Source of the DNA: Leucoraja erinacea
Taxonomy: Eukaryota
Length of the DNA stretch: 64,000 nt
Assembly: GCF_028641065.1 (NCBI RefSeq)
Contig: NC_073404.1
Location: 22,630,001 to 22,694,000 of the forward strand
Direction of reading: 5' to 3'
The notes below the pieces were generated by a model. That model searched no databases. It was not told the DNA's origin and worked only from the letters and a program-made list of their open reading frames with translations. The position numbers were made by a program, and so were the translations under genes. Position 1 is the first letter of the stretch. Each line of letters opens with the position of its first letter. Positions 35,444 through 47,400 of the stretch are shown here, in pieces.

Positions 35444-38400
35444 GTAAGGATTTACTCCCTCAAACTTTTGGAATTATTTTCTACTTGCAATTTTTTCCTT
35501 GTGCGGAATGTGTAACACAATTGGCCATATTTTAATTCAATATTTATTCTCCATTTCTCTTCCTGAAGATCTGATCAGCCTGGCTCATTATTGGATCCAG
35601 TAAAACTACTGTAATTTTGGGATAACTTCTTGGTTCTCTGCATTGAAACAGTTTCACTCTGCCAGCCAGATGCAAGTAAGAATATTAGAAGTTGAAACAG
35701 AAGTAGGCTATTAGGATCTTGGTGCCTGCTCTGTAATTGAATAAGATCATGAATGATTATGTATCTCAGCTTCACGTAGCTGCACTAACCTCCATACCCC
35801 TTAATTTGCTTAATATGTTAACAACCTTTCCATTTCCGTCTTGAATCTACTCAACAACTGAGCCTCGAGAGTCTTCTTGGGTGGTGAATGCAAAGATTCT
35901 CATTTAAATGGTTAATCCCGTAATTTGAAACTGACCCCTAGTTCAGTATAGTTTAAGAAAGAACTGCAGATGCTGGAAAAATCGAAGGTAGACACAAATG
36001 CTGGAGAAACTCAGCGGGCGAGGCAGCATCTATGGAACGAAGGAATAGGTGACGTTTCGGGTCGAGACCCTTCAGTCTGAAGAAGGGTCTCGACCCAAAA
36101 TGTCACCTATTCCTTTGCTCCATAGATGCTGCCTCACCCGCTGAGTTTCTCCAGCATTTTTGTCTACCTAGTTCAGTGTACCTTAGTTTGGGTAAACATC
36201 ATCTACAAGATGTCTGCCCAATCACCAGATAATGCAAACTGGTTTGCTTAACCTCTCTTCATAAAACCAACCTACCATTTCAAGAGACACAAGAGACAGC
36301 AGATGCTGGAATATTGAGTAAAACACAAAGTCCTTGAGGAACTCAGCTGATCAGGGAACATTTGCCGAAGGAATAGACAGGCGACGTTTTGGGTCGGGAC
36401 CCTTATTCACCTGTTCATTCCTTCACCAGATGCTGGCTGTCCTGCTGAGTTCCTCCAGCACTGTGTGTTTTCTATCATTTCAGGAAATGATCTGGGTATG
36501 ATTTCCATTCTGCGCGATATTGAAAAACAGATGCACCGGCCACACTGTCTGCAGACTTACTGCTCAATTAGGAGTGGAATAGTGGAATACTATTCCACTC
36601 CCAACACTGGGATACAGTTCCACTGCTCCCATTGGGGATTTTATATCCTGTAGTTCCACATTAGAATACATGTTCATACCCAGTAACAAGAACTATTGCT
36701 CATGCAGTAATGTAAGATTACAGTATGGCTGCCTCTTCCTGAGGTACTTCCCACCGTTCCACATTGGGGTACTTGTAACCCACGTCCAATAGTCCTTTAG
36801 TACCATACTAGATTACTATCTTAGTGCTGTACCATTCCTTTGTCTGATAGTGAAGTACAGATCTTCTGATCTATCCGGGTTCTGCTTTGGGGTGCAGTTC
36901 CACAGCGTCACAGCGAGTAAAATTCCATTCTAATTGATATTCTTCCACTGTACTTAATTGAATACTGTTCCACTGCACATTACTAGATGCTGTTATACTG
37001 CCACCTACAGTGTACATTTCCGCTGCTCTTTACTGCATACTGTTTCACTGCCCCTTGCTGGGTGCATTTCCACTTCTCTTCATTGGGCACAGTTCCAGTG
37101 CCCATTACTGTGTACATTTCAACTGTCTCTTACTGAGGTTCAGATCAATAGACCCTGACTGGGTACACTTCCAATTTCACATACAAGGCACAATTTCACT
37201 GCCTCTTACTGACTCCATGCTCCTGAATCAAATAAGGAAGTTCCACTACCCCTTACTAGCTTCTGTTACAATGCCTTTTTATGGTTACAGTTCCACTACC
37301 ATTACATGTTATAATACTACTCTCCTCCATTGTGGGGTATTGTTCTGCTTCATCGTGGTTGGAAGTCCATCACCTCTTAATGGCTGCTATGAGTCTGAGC
37401 AAGACCTAAGGTATGAGCCCAGACAGCCTACTGTCTCCGCCTCTTCCTTTCTTCCCCCCCCCCTCCCCACTCCACATCAGTCTGAATAAGGGTCTCAACC
37501 GGAAATGTCGCCTATTCCTTCGCTCCATAGATGCTGCCTCACCTGCTGAGTTTCTCCAGCATTTTTGTCTACCCAGAATTCTTAACATCCGTATAATTGA
37601 ACCCTTGGGAAAGATACCTAGGTCCTCTATTATCAGAGCAATTTGCAGCAGTCGAATCTTTTGTAGGGATTATATGCCCTTTAGATGTAACCTAACTAAT
37701 TTACGTTGATGATTACAGCTATGTTCAGAATAAACTGTGGATTTATTTTTAGCGGAAGCCATGGGCTCACTCCACCTACCTCCTGTTGGCCAATTGGAAT
37801 AATGTTCCCTTCCTGTTTTAGGGTTGTACTTCAGTAACTGAAGGACCAATTCTGGGTCTGTTCTGATCCTTTTCATTTTACCTGAGGTGTATGGTTAAAA
37901 CACACACTATATGAAGTGCCTGGATTGCACCCTATTTCTCCAATTGACCTCAATATCTTTGGTAAAAATCGGACAGGTATTTTGCTCCTGGTCAGTTTTA
38001 GTAATGCCTACTCTGTGAACTAGGGCATCAGAGAAGGGCAGGGTTTAAGCACCAATGATTCTCCTCACAGCAAACATCTCACTCTTGTTCTTTGGCCAAT
38101 GGGTGTCCTCTTGAATGAGACTGTGGAAAGCACCCATCACCTATAGAATCCATTGCAGCAATGATCCATCCTCTCCAGAAATGGCTAGAAAATCAGAGGA
38201 AAGCATTTGGAAAAGCTTCAACCAATACTTTGGTACCAGTTGAGTGAGATTTTGTGAATTGATTTTAACATCAAGCAAACTTTGCAGGGCTAATCCTGAA
38301 GCTGCAATTCCTGTGCATATCTGGTCACGACTACATGGATTGAAGGAGGCATGTCAAATTATTCCATTTTTATGCCAGATGGAATGTAAATGCAGTTTCA

Positions 38401-41400
38401 TTTGAACCCTCTTTTGGATTTTGTACCAGCAATATTTTATGAACCCTCTTTAATCATAAATTAAAAAAAAACTTGAAACTAGTAACTTGGTAAGTGCATA
38501 GGAAGGAACTGCAGATGCTGGTTTACACTGAAGGTAGACACAAAATGCTAGAGTAAAGCATCTGTGGAAAGAAAAATGGTTAATTGGATCCAACCCTTAT
38601 CTGAATTCATAGTGTAGTGAGTCAGCTCTGACCGCACTATTGGCTGTTGGTGCTGTACTGATTAGAATATTCAAGTGTAGTACAAAGGCACTGTACATAG
38701 TCTCTATAGTATTCCTGGGATCTTGTTGATGATATTAGCTCCCTTATGCATTGCATAATAGTTATTTTGTACACTATTCCCCTCAGAATTGGTTGACAAT
38801 GTGCTTCATGTAAGTGTACACCTTGCACCTTACCAATGCAGTAACATGTTGACATTTGTTGGGATTAAAAATTGAAACAGGTCTGTTCATTTTAGAGCAT
38901 GGTGGGATTTTTCACAATGGGGGATCCAAGAACAAAATATAAAAGATTCCTGCAATAATTGCAAGAAAACAATATCTGACAAAGAGCTCTGATATTTATT
39001 GATTTTCAATGTAATAATGTTAGTGTTTACTACAAGGTAGACAAAAATGCTGGAGAAACTCAGTGGGTGAGGCAGCATCTATGGAACAAAGGAAATAGGC
39101 AACGTTTCGGGCTGAAACCCTTCTTCAGACCCGAAACGTTGCCTATTTCCTTCGCTCCATAGATGCTGCCTCACACGCTGAGTTTCTCCAGCATTTTTGT
39201 CTACCTTCGATTTTCCAGCATCTTCAGTTCCTTCTTAAACAAAAGTGTTTACTACAAGTGTCAGAACAACTAAAGTGAAAAGGAAGTAAAAAAATTGTTG
39301 AAAGAATCCCCTAAATCTTTCAGCAGCACAGAGGTTAACAATTTAAGTTATTACTGAATAGATAGGACATGGTTTATGAGTAGAACATCATCAATCTACA
39401 TTTCAGAATATTCCATCTGACCCTCGAAGAGTTCACAGAGCAGAGAGGTCAAAGGTCCCACAAATAATTACAAGGGAACATTACTGAGGAATTTTAATTG
39501 CTCCTCATTTAGCACAGTTGGCCATGTAAGCTAAAGATTCAAGAGATTTTTTGCATCAAATACTTTGTTTATTTAGTTTATTGACTGGAACAGGCCAATG
39601 CTTTGGAAGAAGTCCAGCAGAACAGTTCATGTGATCTGATATAAAGGCCAGTAAATAAAAATGCTTAGGAAAGAACTGCAGATGCTGGTTTAAATTGAAG
39701 GTAGACACAAAATGCTGGAGTAACTCAGCTGGGACAGGCAGCATCTCTGGAAAGAAGGAATGGGTGACGTTTCGGGTTGAGACCCTTCTTCAGACTAAAA
39801 TAAATGATATAAATCAAAATAAATAAATACATTCGGAGCAAATAAAAATGCTCCTCTTGTTTGAAGCTATTTCTACCAGAGATAGCCTAAACATTGCCAG
39901 GAAGATGCCATTAGCATTGGAGAATAGAAAAGCCACAAAATTATGTGAGGGTTTCCAAGAAGTACAGTAACACGTATTAAATTAACACGAGCACAACTGG
40001 AACTTAAGGAACTGTTTCTCTAAAACAAAGAAGTTTGTTTCCTATTCTTTATTCATCCTTTCACTTCTAGAATATTTACTGTTTTGAACATTCACCTCAA
40101 TCACTAAGTTTTGCCAGCTGTTGCAAACTGCCCATAGCAAGCACGATTACCTGCCCTTCGAAAAATTGAATACAATCTGATTTGTTGTCTATATATCTTG
40201 TTTATATTTTATTTAGTCCATGTTCAAGACCAACCGTGGAACAGTGGGTGGGTACTTCTTGGCCGGGAGGAACATGAAATGGTACACTGTAAGCGACTGC
40301 TATTTTATTGATTTAATTTATTTGATAACAGCTTATTAAATTATAGTAACTGCATTGTCAGAAATCTGACATCTTAAGGAAGCTAAAATTACCTTTGTGT
40401 TCATTCATGAAGATGCCACTGTTAAGCAATAGGTCGCAGTTGACAGACAAGTCACAGTCTAAATACATGAACATATAAATGGTTTAGATTGAATCAAAGT
40501 CTATAAGCAGCAGGAATTTGACTTTATGCTTTATGATTGCAAGCAGCAACAGGTAGCTTTTAAGCTGATTTGGACAAACCAGAAATTTCTCAATTATATT
40601 GGATTAATTTGGCCTGTTACGTAATCGCTGCATGCTCAAAATAGCCTCAACGTGTATAGAGCACAATACTTTTGTTTTGACAGCTAATTGTCCATTCTTG
40701 CATTAGAAATAAGTTTTAAGGACTTTTTCAGTGGCAAAAAAATCTCACTTTCTCAATTGCATTTCCAGGTTGGAGCCTCGCTTTTTGCCAGTAACATTGG
40801 AAGTGGCCACTTTGTTGGTTTGGCAGGCACAGGGGCAGCAAATGGGTTGGCAGTCGGTGGCTTTGAGTGGAATGTAAGTACAATGAGACAATTCAAAGAC
40901 ATTTAACATTTTAGGAATCTTGACTGGATCACTGGGATTCCATTTTCCTAAAGATGGGCCTCTTCATATATCCTGGTCAACTTGGCACAAGTTCTGTCCT
41001 GATGCTGGATCCCGTCCGCACTCAGATACTGACTTGAGGTTGATGAAGGGTCTCAACCTAAAAAGTTGCCCAGGGGAATTACTTACCCTGATGCCACCTG
41101 ACCTATTGAGTTCCTCCAGCACTTTATGCTTTGTTCAAGATTCCAGCATCTGCAGTTTTTTGTGTCTCCATTTTACTGCTCCATTGCAAATCTCCTCAAA
41201 CTATGCCTACTCTGAAGAAGTTCCAGGTGCGGCAGAGGTTCACCTGCACCTCCTCCAACCTCATCTATTGCATCCGTTGCTCTAGGTGTCAGCTGCTCTA
41301 CATCGGTAAGACCAAGCATAGGCTTCACCCAACACCTCCGCTCGGTTCGCAATAACCAACCTGATCTCCTGGTGGCTCAGTACTTCAACTCCCCCTCCCA

Positions 41401-44400
41401 TTCCGAATCCGACCTTTCTGTCCTGGGCCTCCTCCATGGCCAGAGTGAGGTCCACCGTAAATTGGAGGAGTAGCACCTCATATTTTGCTTGGATAGTTTA
41501 CACCCCAGCGGTATGAACAATGACTTCTCCAATTTTAGGTAGTCCCTGCTTTCTCCTTCTTTACCATCCCCTTCCCAGCTCTCCCACAGCCCACTGTCTC
41601 TGCCTCTTCCTTTCTTCTTCCTGCCACCTCCGCCTCCACATCAGTCTGAAGAAGAGTTTCGACCCGAAACGTGGCCTATTTCCTTCACTCCATAGAACCT
41701 GCCTCACCCGCTGAGTTTTTCCAGCACTTTGCCTACCTTCAATTTTCCAACATTTTCCTTCTTAAACAACTGAATAAGTTCTCCTCCTCTCTCTGACAGG
41801 GGTTCTGTGAGACCCCCTCACACTGCTCCTCCACTGTGATTCCCACTGCTCTCCCGCTGTTCAGGTCTGAAGAAGGAACACAACCAAAAACGTTCCCTTT
41901 CAAACCCTTTCCCAGATACTCCTGAACTCTTCAACACTTTAGGCCTTGCTCAAGATTACAGCACCTGCAGTTTCTAGTGTATTTATTATCCTACTCTCAT
42001 CAATTATCTTTGCATCTTCTATATTCATTTATTTAGACCCTGAGGAATCAGATGCATACATCCCATGTCAATTGGATATGGCGCCTTTGATGAAACTTGT
42101 TTAAAGTTTGTCACCACATAGCTGCTTCTTTAGACTTTAGACTTTACTTTAGACTCTGGAGGTACAGAGCAGCTCGCCGTGCCGACCAGCAATCACCCCG
42201 TACACTAGCACTATCCTACACACTGATGACAATTTTCAATTTCACCAAAGACATTCCTTCCCCATCTGCTTGAACCCATTTTTCCCCTAAAAGCATCACA
42301 TTCCTGAGTTTTTCTCCCCATTTTCAAGTGACAATCAATTCATACATGGTATCACCTAATCATAATTCTTCTGGTTTGTTCACCAAAGTCATACGCAGGG
42401 ACACTAGTTCTGGTTTACTTGGTGCAAGATCGAAGATTTACGGATTCTTGGAACACAACAGGAACCTCGTTGCTGTGCCCCAGTATAGATTCATATTGAC
42501 ATAATCCTCCCTCGTGTTCACACCAACTTTAGTGATGTCTTGTACTCTGTCCCCTTCTCATAACTCTCTTGGTCGACAAAATGTGGAATGATCTGTCATA
42601 TTTAACATTGGGATTTGTTTCCCACAGGCCTTGTTTATTGTGCTACTTCTGGGTTGGCTTTTTGTTCCAGTGTACCTGACAGCTGGGGTAAGTATGAGAC
42701 TATTTCAAATGAACTGTTTCAGCAGTTGTTTCAGACAGCTATTAGACGATACATGGAAATATGCAAATTACAAATGACAGGTATAGGAATATTATATACA
42801 ATATGTAGTATGTACTATATACAAAAATATATACCAAGATGCAAAAATCAAATATCAGAGGGCATAGATTTAAAGTGAGAGGGGCAAAGTTTAAAGGAGA
42901 TGAGCGGAGAAACTTACACAGAGGGTGGTGAGTGCCAGGAACATGCTGCCAGGGTTGGTGGTTGGTGGTTAAGGCGGAGGAATATGAATTATGCGCAGGT
43001 AGATAAGAGCTGGTCTTGGCATCATGTTCGGCATATACACTCTGGGCCAAAGGGCCTGATCTTGTGCTGTACTGTTCTCTTTCTATGTTCTAATCTTTCT
43101 CCAGAGGATTGATTCAAACACAATCTCCAAAATGGAAGGACTCTATACCCAACACATTGTGTCACCTAGGGTTCTGAAGCTGCATTCAATGCTGGATTTC
43201 ATAAGTGAAAAGATAGTGGGGTTAATATGGATTTTAATTCTTGTGAGTGAAAATAATTGAGCAGCATTTCATATAGATTTTCTCTTTGTAATTCGCAGCA
43301 ATTTCAAAATATTGATCTCATCCCTTGTACATATCATCATGTAGTCAAAAATAAAGGTGACATTTGGTTCATTTGAATGTTTCTGGGAAATTATTTTCCT
43401 GTGTAATCAAATACTGGCTTAGGTTTTTAACTTTGAATTTGTTGATTCAGTAACTAGGCAAAAATGCTTGGACATTATTTGATAATTTCACCTGTGCCTT
43501 TTCCCAGGTCATCACCATGCCACAGTACCTAATGAAAAGGTTCGGAGGAAACCGAATTAGACTGTACCTCTCCCTCATTTCTCTTTTCCTTTACATATTT
43601 ACCAAGATTTCGGTAAGTATCTCATCATGTGCACATGACATTCAGGCAGGTCTCCGATGTGACACCTGCTCATAAAAGTTGTTCTTATGGGGAAATGTAT
43701 TCTTTAAGAATGCCCGATAGTCAAACGCTGTTTATGAAAGGATTTCCAGGATACCAGAAGGGTTAAGGTTCCCATTGGGAAGACTCCTGTTAATTGATGT
43801 TTATTTACTGATGGTGATATGTTGTGTTTTCGCTGACAGGTGGACATGTTCTCTGGAGCAGTTTTCATCCAACAAGCTTTGGGGTGGAACATCTATGTTG
43901 CAGTAATTGCATTGCTGATTATTACTTGTATCTACACTGTCTCAGGTAGGCACTAAAGATCAGACAGAGGAATATTGAGTTTACATGAAGCATTCTGTAG
44001 GCTGCCACTCCAGAAAATGGACAATACAAATTGTGATTAGTTAAGATGTCAGAGGGAGGATTGGAGGGAAGATTGGGGAAGATTAGCTACTAGGGCCCTG
44101 TGAGGTTTGGTAGTTCAGGGAGAATGGACTATGATTGGGCGATAGCCGTTGCGGGTTTGTCAGTAATAGATGATCAGTCGGGATGAGAAGGGGAATGGTC
44201 AGGAAGAGGAATTGATCATTGGAAGGGAAGTCGGTAGTTGGTGGGGTATTGGCACTTGGTTGTTTGTGGTACTGGGAGGGTCTAGATTGAGAAAGCAGAT
44301 TGATGGAGGTATTGGTGAAGTAATATTGACAGATCACTAGTCTGGATTGGATTAGGTCAGTAGGTTTGGTGGGGCTGGGCAAGGGTGACGCTTGGTGAAC

Positions 44401-47400
44401 TTCACTACCAGGTTTGGGGGATGGAACTGGGACACAAGGACGTGTTTGATTAGTATATTACTTAAAGAGGCAACCATGAGATGAGATTATAGAAGTGGCT
44501 CAGAACCTTTTCAGGCAAGGTCCATATGTGATTGCACATATCCATGTCCTTTCTTCATTATTGCATATGTTGCATTTGAAATCTGGAATGTAAATCAAGG
44601 ACTCTGTGCATTACACAGAGAGTTTCAGTTTACCTTTTATTTTTCATTCTGTAGTGCACAGTAGCACGTCAGTACTTGGTCTAACCTCTGGATAGTTATG
44701 TCCCCCATTCCTCTTCTCTTCTCCTCACCAATAGGATGATCCCACTGTAATGCTGATGTCACCATTGATGGAAAGAACCAGATGTAGCATCTTCATGAAA
44801 TGAATGATAAACTTCTGCAGTATTTCCAGAATGATAATCTGTTCCAGTCAATAAACTAACATCTTAATGAGGGTCATTGACATGATGTTCTTCTTTAATT
44901 TTTAGCTTACGCTGATATTTGTGCTAAGTGTCCAGGAAATTAAAATTCCTCAATAATATAATTATTCTTTTGACCTTTGACTCTTGCACTCTGCCAGGAT
45001 TTTCTGGATCAAATGGAATATTCTGAAATGCTACTGATAATGTTTTTACTCATAAATTAAGTACGCTACTTGCCATCCTAGTAATAAATTGCACGTTTAA
45101 CCTTTAAGCTGTAAGAACATTTGAGATAACTGCAGAATTCTAGGGTTTTTTTCTTTCGAGGTCAATTCTTTTTTATGGCTGAGCAAACTTGGAATGGAAA
45201 TCAAATAATTCTACATAAACTTCAGGAAAACTGTTCAAAATTTATAATACCTCTAATGTGATCTCCTCTACAAATAGGCAAGCCAAAGAGAGATAGGGTC
45301 AGCACTTCAGGATACTGCTTTGTTCAATCCACAAGGGTGACTCCGAGCTTACAGTGCCTGTCACTTTAATTCTTCATCCCACTCTCACTCTTTAAGGCCA
45401 GTAGATAGGCCTGTTCGGTGAACTTTTGTAACTTTGTCGGTGCCAAATCGTGGCGACACTTGTGTACTGCCTAGGTGAGGTCTGCTACATGATTTTACTG
45501 GGATGTATGCAAATCAAAGCATTTCACTGTACCTAGGTTGACTATTGTTGAATTGTGGAACGGGCAATCCTCATTCACTCCCTGACTCTTTCATGCTCTG
45601 TGACTAATGAACGTATACGATCTAGATGCTGCCTCAGTCATAAAGGATGGTGAAAGGTGATGTAATATTGTGGTGGGAATGGGATGGGGAAGAGGGAGGG
45701 TAGGTGCCCAATGGGAAAATACTAGAGTGATTTCTGCAGGGCCATTTGATCTCGTCCTGTGCAGTAGGTTGTTGGAGAGAGAGAGACATATTATCTCCCC
45801 AGTATCTCAAATACCCTCTCACCCACAGGGAAACTCAACAGCAGACAATTGGCAAACAATAGCAGACAGTTGGCAAATCAAATATTAAGAAGATTTGAGT
45901 GATTTAATAAGGTTCTCCTCAGCAGTGGAGCCTCAAGAATCGTGGTCCGAGATGGAAGAGGAGAACCATTTAGCAAAGATGCATCATCCCTTGAAAGGGA
46001 TTGCACAGTGGAAAAGGCACATGTCCTGTTTTTGTGTAATATCTGTTTATCTTTGGTTGCAGGAGGCCTGGCTGCATTGATGTACACGGACACAGTACAG
46101 ACATTTGTGATCATTGCTGGAGCTTTTGTGCTGATGGGATACTGTAAGAAGGTCATCCTTTATACCTTGCAGATAAGAAAGCATTACACATTTGCCCTCT
46201 TCCCCTCAGTGCTTCACCAAGCTTTAACTATAAGTGACTGAGCCAACTAGACTAGGAAGGGCCCAGGCCCTGCACTGATCTCAGAAAGGGTAAGCGATTG
46301 GCTCCATTGTGATCTCAGTGTTCCTGGGTTAGCAAAACCCTTCTAATCAGTATCAAGTAACTGCTCCTGGAAAGTACATGTGTGGATTTGAGTTTGGACC
46401 CAATGATGATGTCTTCTACTATGGTGACTTTCTGGCAGTAACTGTATGGATCAGGTATAAGAGAACATCTGGTTCTTATGAGGTAGTGGAGAGGACAAGA
46501 GATGAGAAGACACCCACTTCTCATACCAGACATGAAGAATGCTGAATTGTTCTTGTTATTTTACATTTCCTTTCTTACAAATCTTATGTGTATTTTCTCT
46601 TTATCATTTTGCCCAGCATCTTGGGCGTGGAAATAATGAAAACAGCAATTTGTTATGTAGTGTCACAAAGTGCCCCAAAAGAGGTTATTAAAAAAAAAAG
46701 AGCACTTGGGATTGGCCGTAATGTACTTAAATAAATTGAGAAATGGTCAAAGGACAGAACACAGAGAGTTGGAATAAAGATCTTGAGACATAGGAGCAGG
46801 ATTAGGCCAATAGGCCCATGGAGTCTGCTCCGCCATTCGATCGTGGCTGATCTATTTTCCCTCTCAACCCCATTCTCCTGTCTTTTCCCCATAACCTTTG
46901 ACACCCAAACAAATCAAAAACTATCAATCTCCGCTTCAAGAATATCCAAAGACTTGGCCTCCACCACCAATAAATTCCACAGATTCACCACTCTCCGGTT
47001 AAGTTCTTCCTTGGGGTGAAAGGATGATGTAAAGTTGGGAACCGAGAACTAGCAGGGATTGGGAATCAGTGTGTGTAAGGACAAGTCAGTCATCTAGTAG
47101 AATAATTGACGTTACCAAATCCAAGCATGAATGGATGGCAAATAGGCTAAAGGATGCAAATCAAGTTACTGCTGAGGAATTTATGGTAGAGTGAGGCAGT
47201 CTATTGAGAGGATGCATTAGGTTTAATGTTGTGATCATTACTGTTTCTAAAGTACATAAATGGTGTGAATATAATAATTTTATTCAGTTGCTTAACTTTT
47301 CTAAACAATAAAGGTCAGAGGCAGCTCAGGATATGTGAAGAATAAAATACGCTGGTGGTCAGAGAACCTGCAGATGAATGTATCTGTGTATACATTTAAA

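Noticed and set aside
44030-44400. G-rich gattggg-type stretch in SLC5A intron 6
   Set aside because: Low complexity without a definable period or termini
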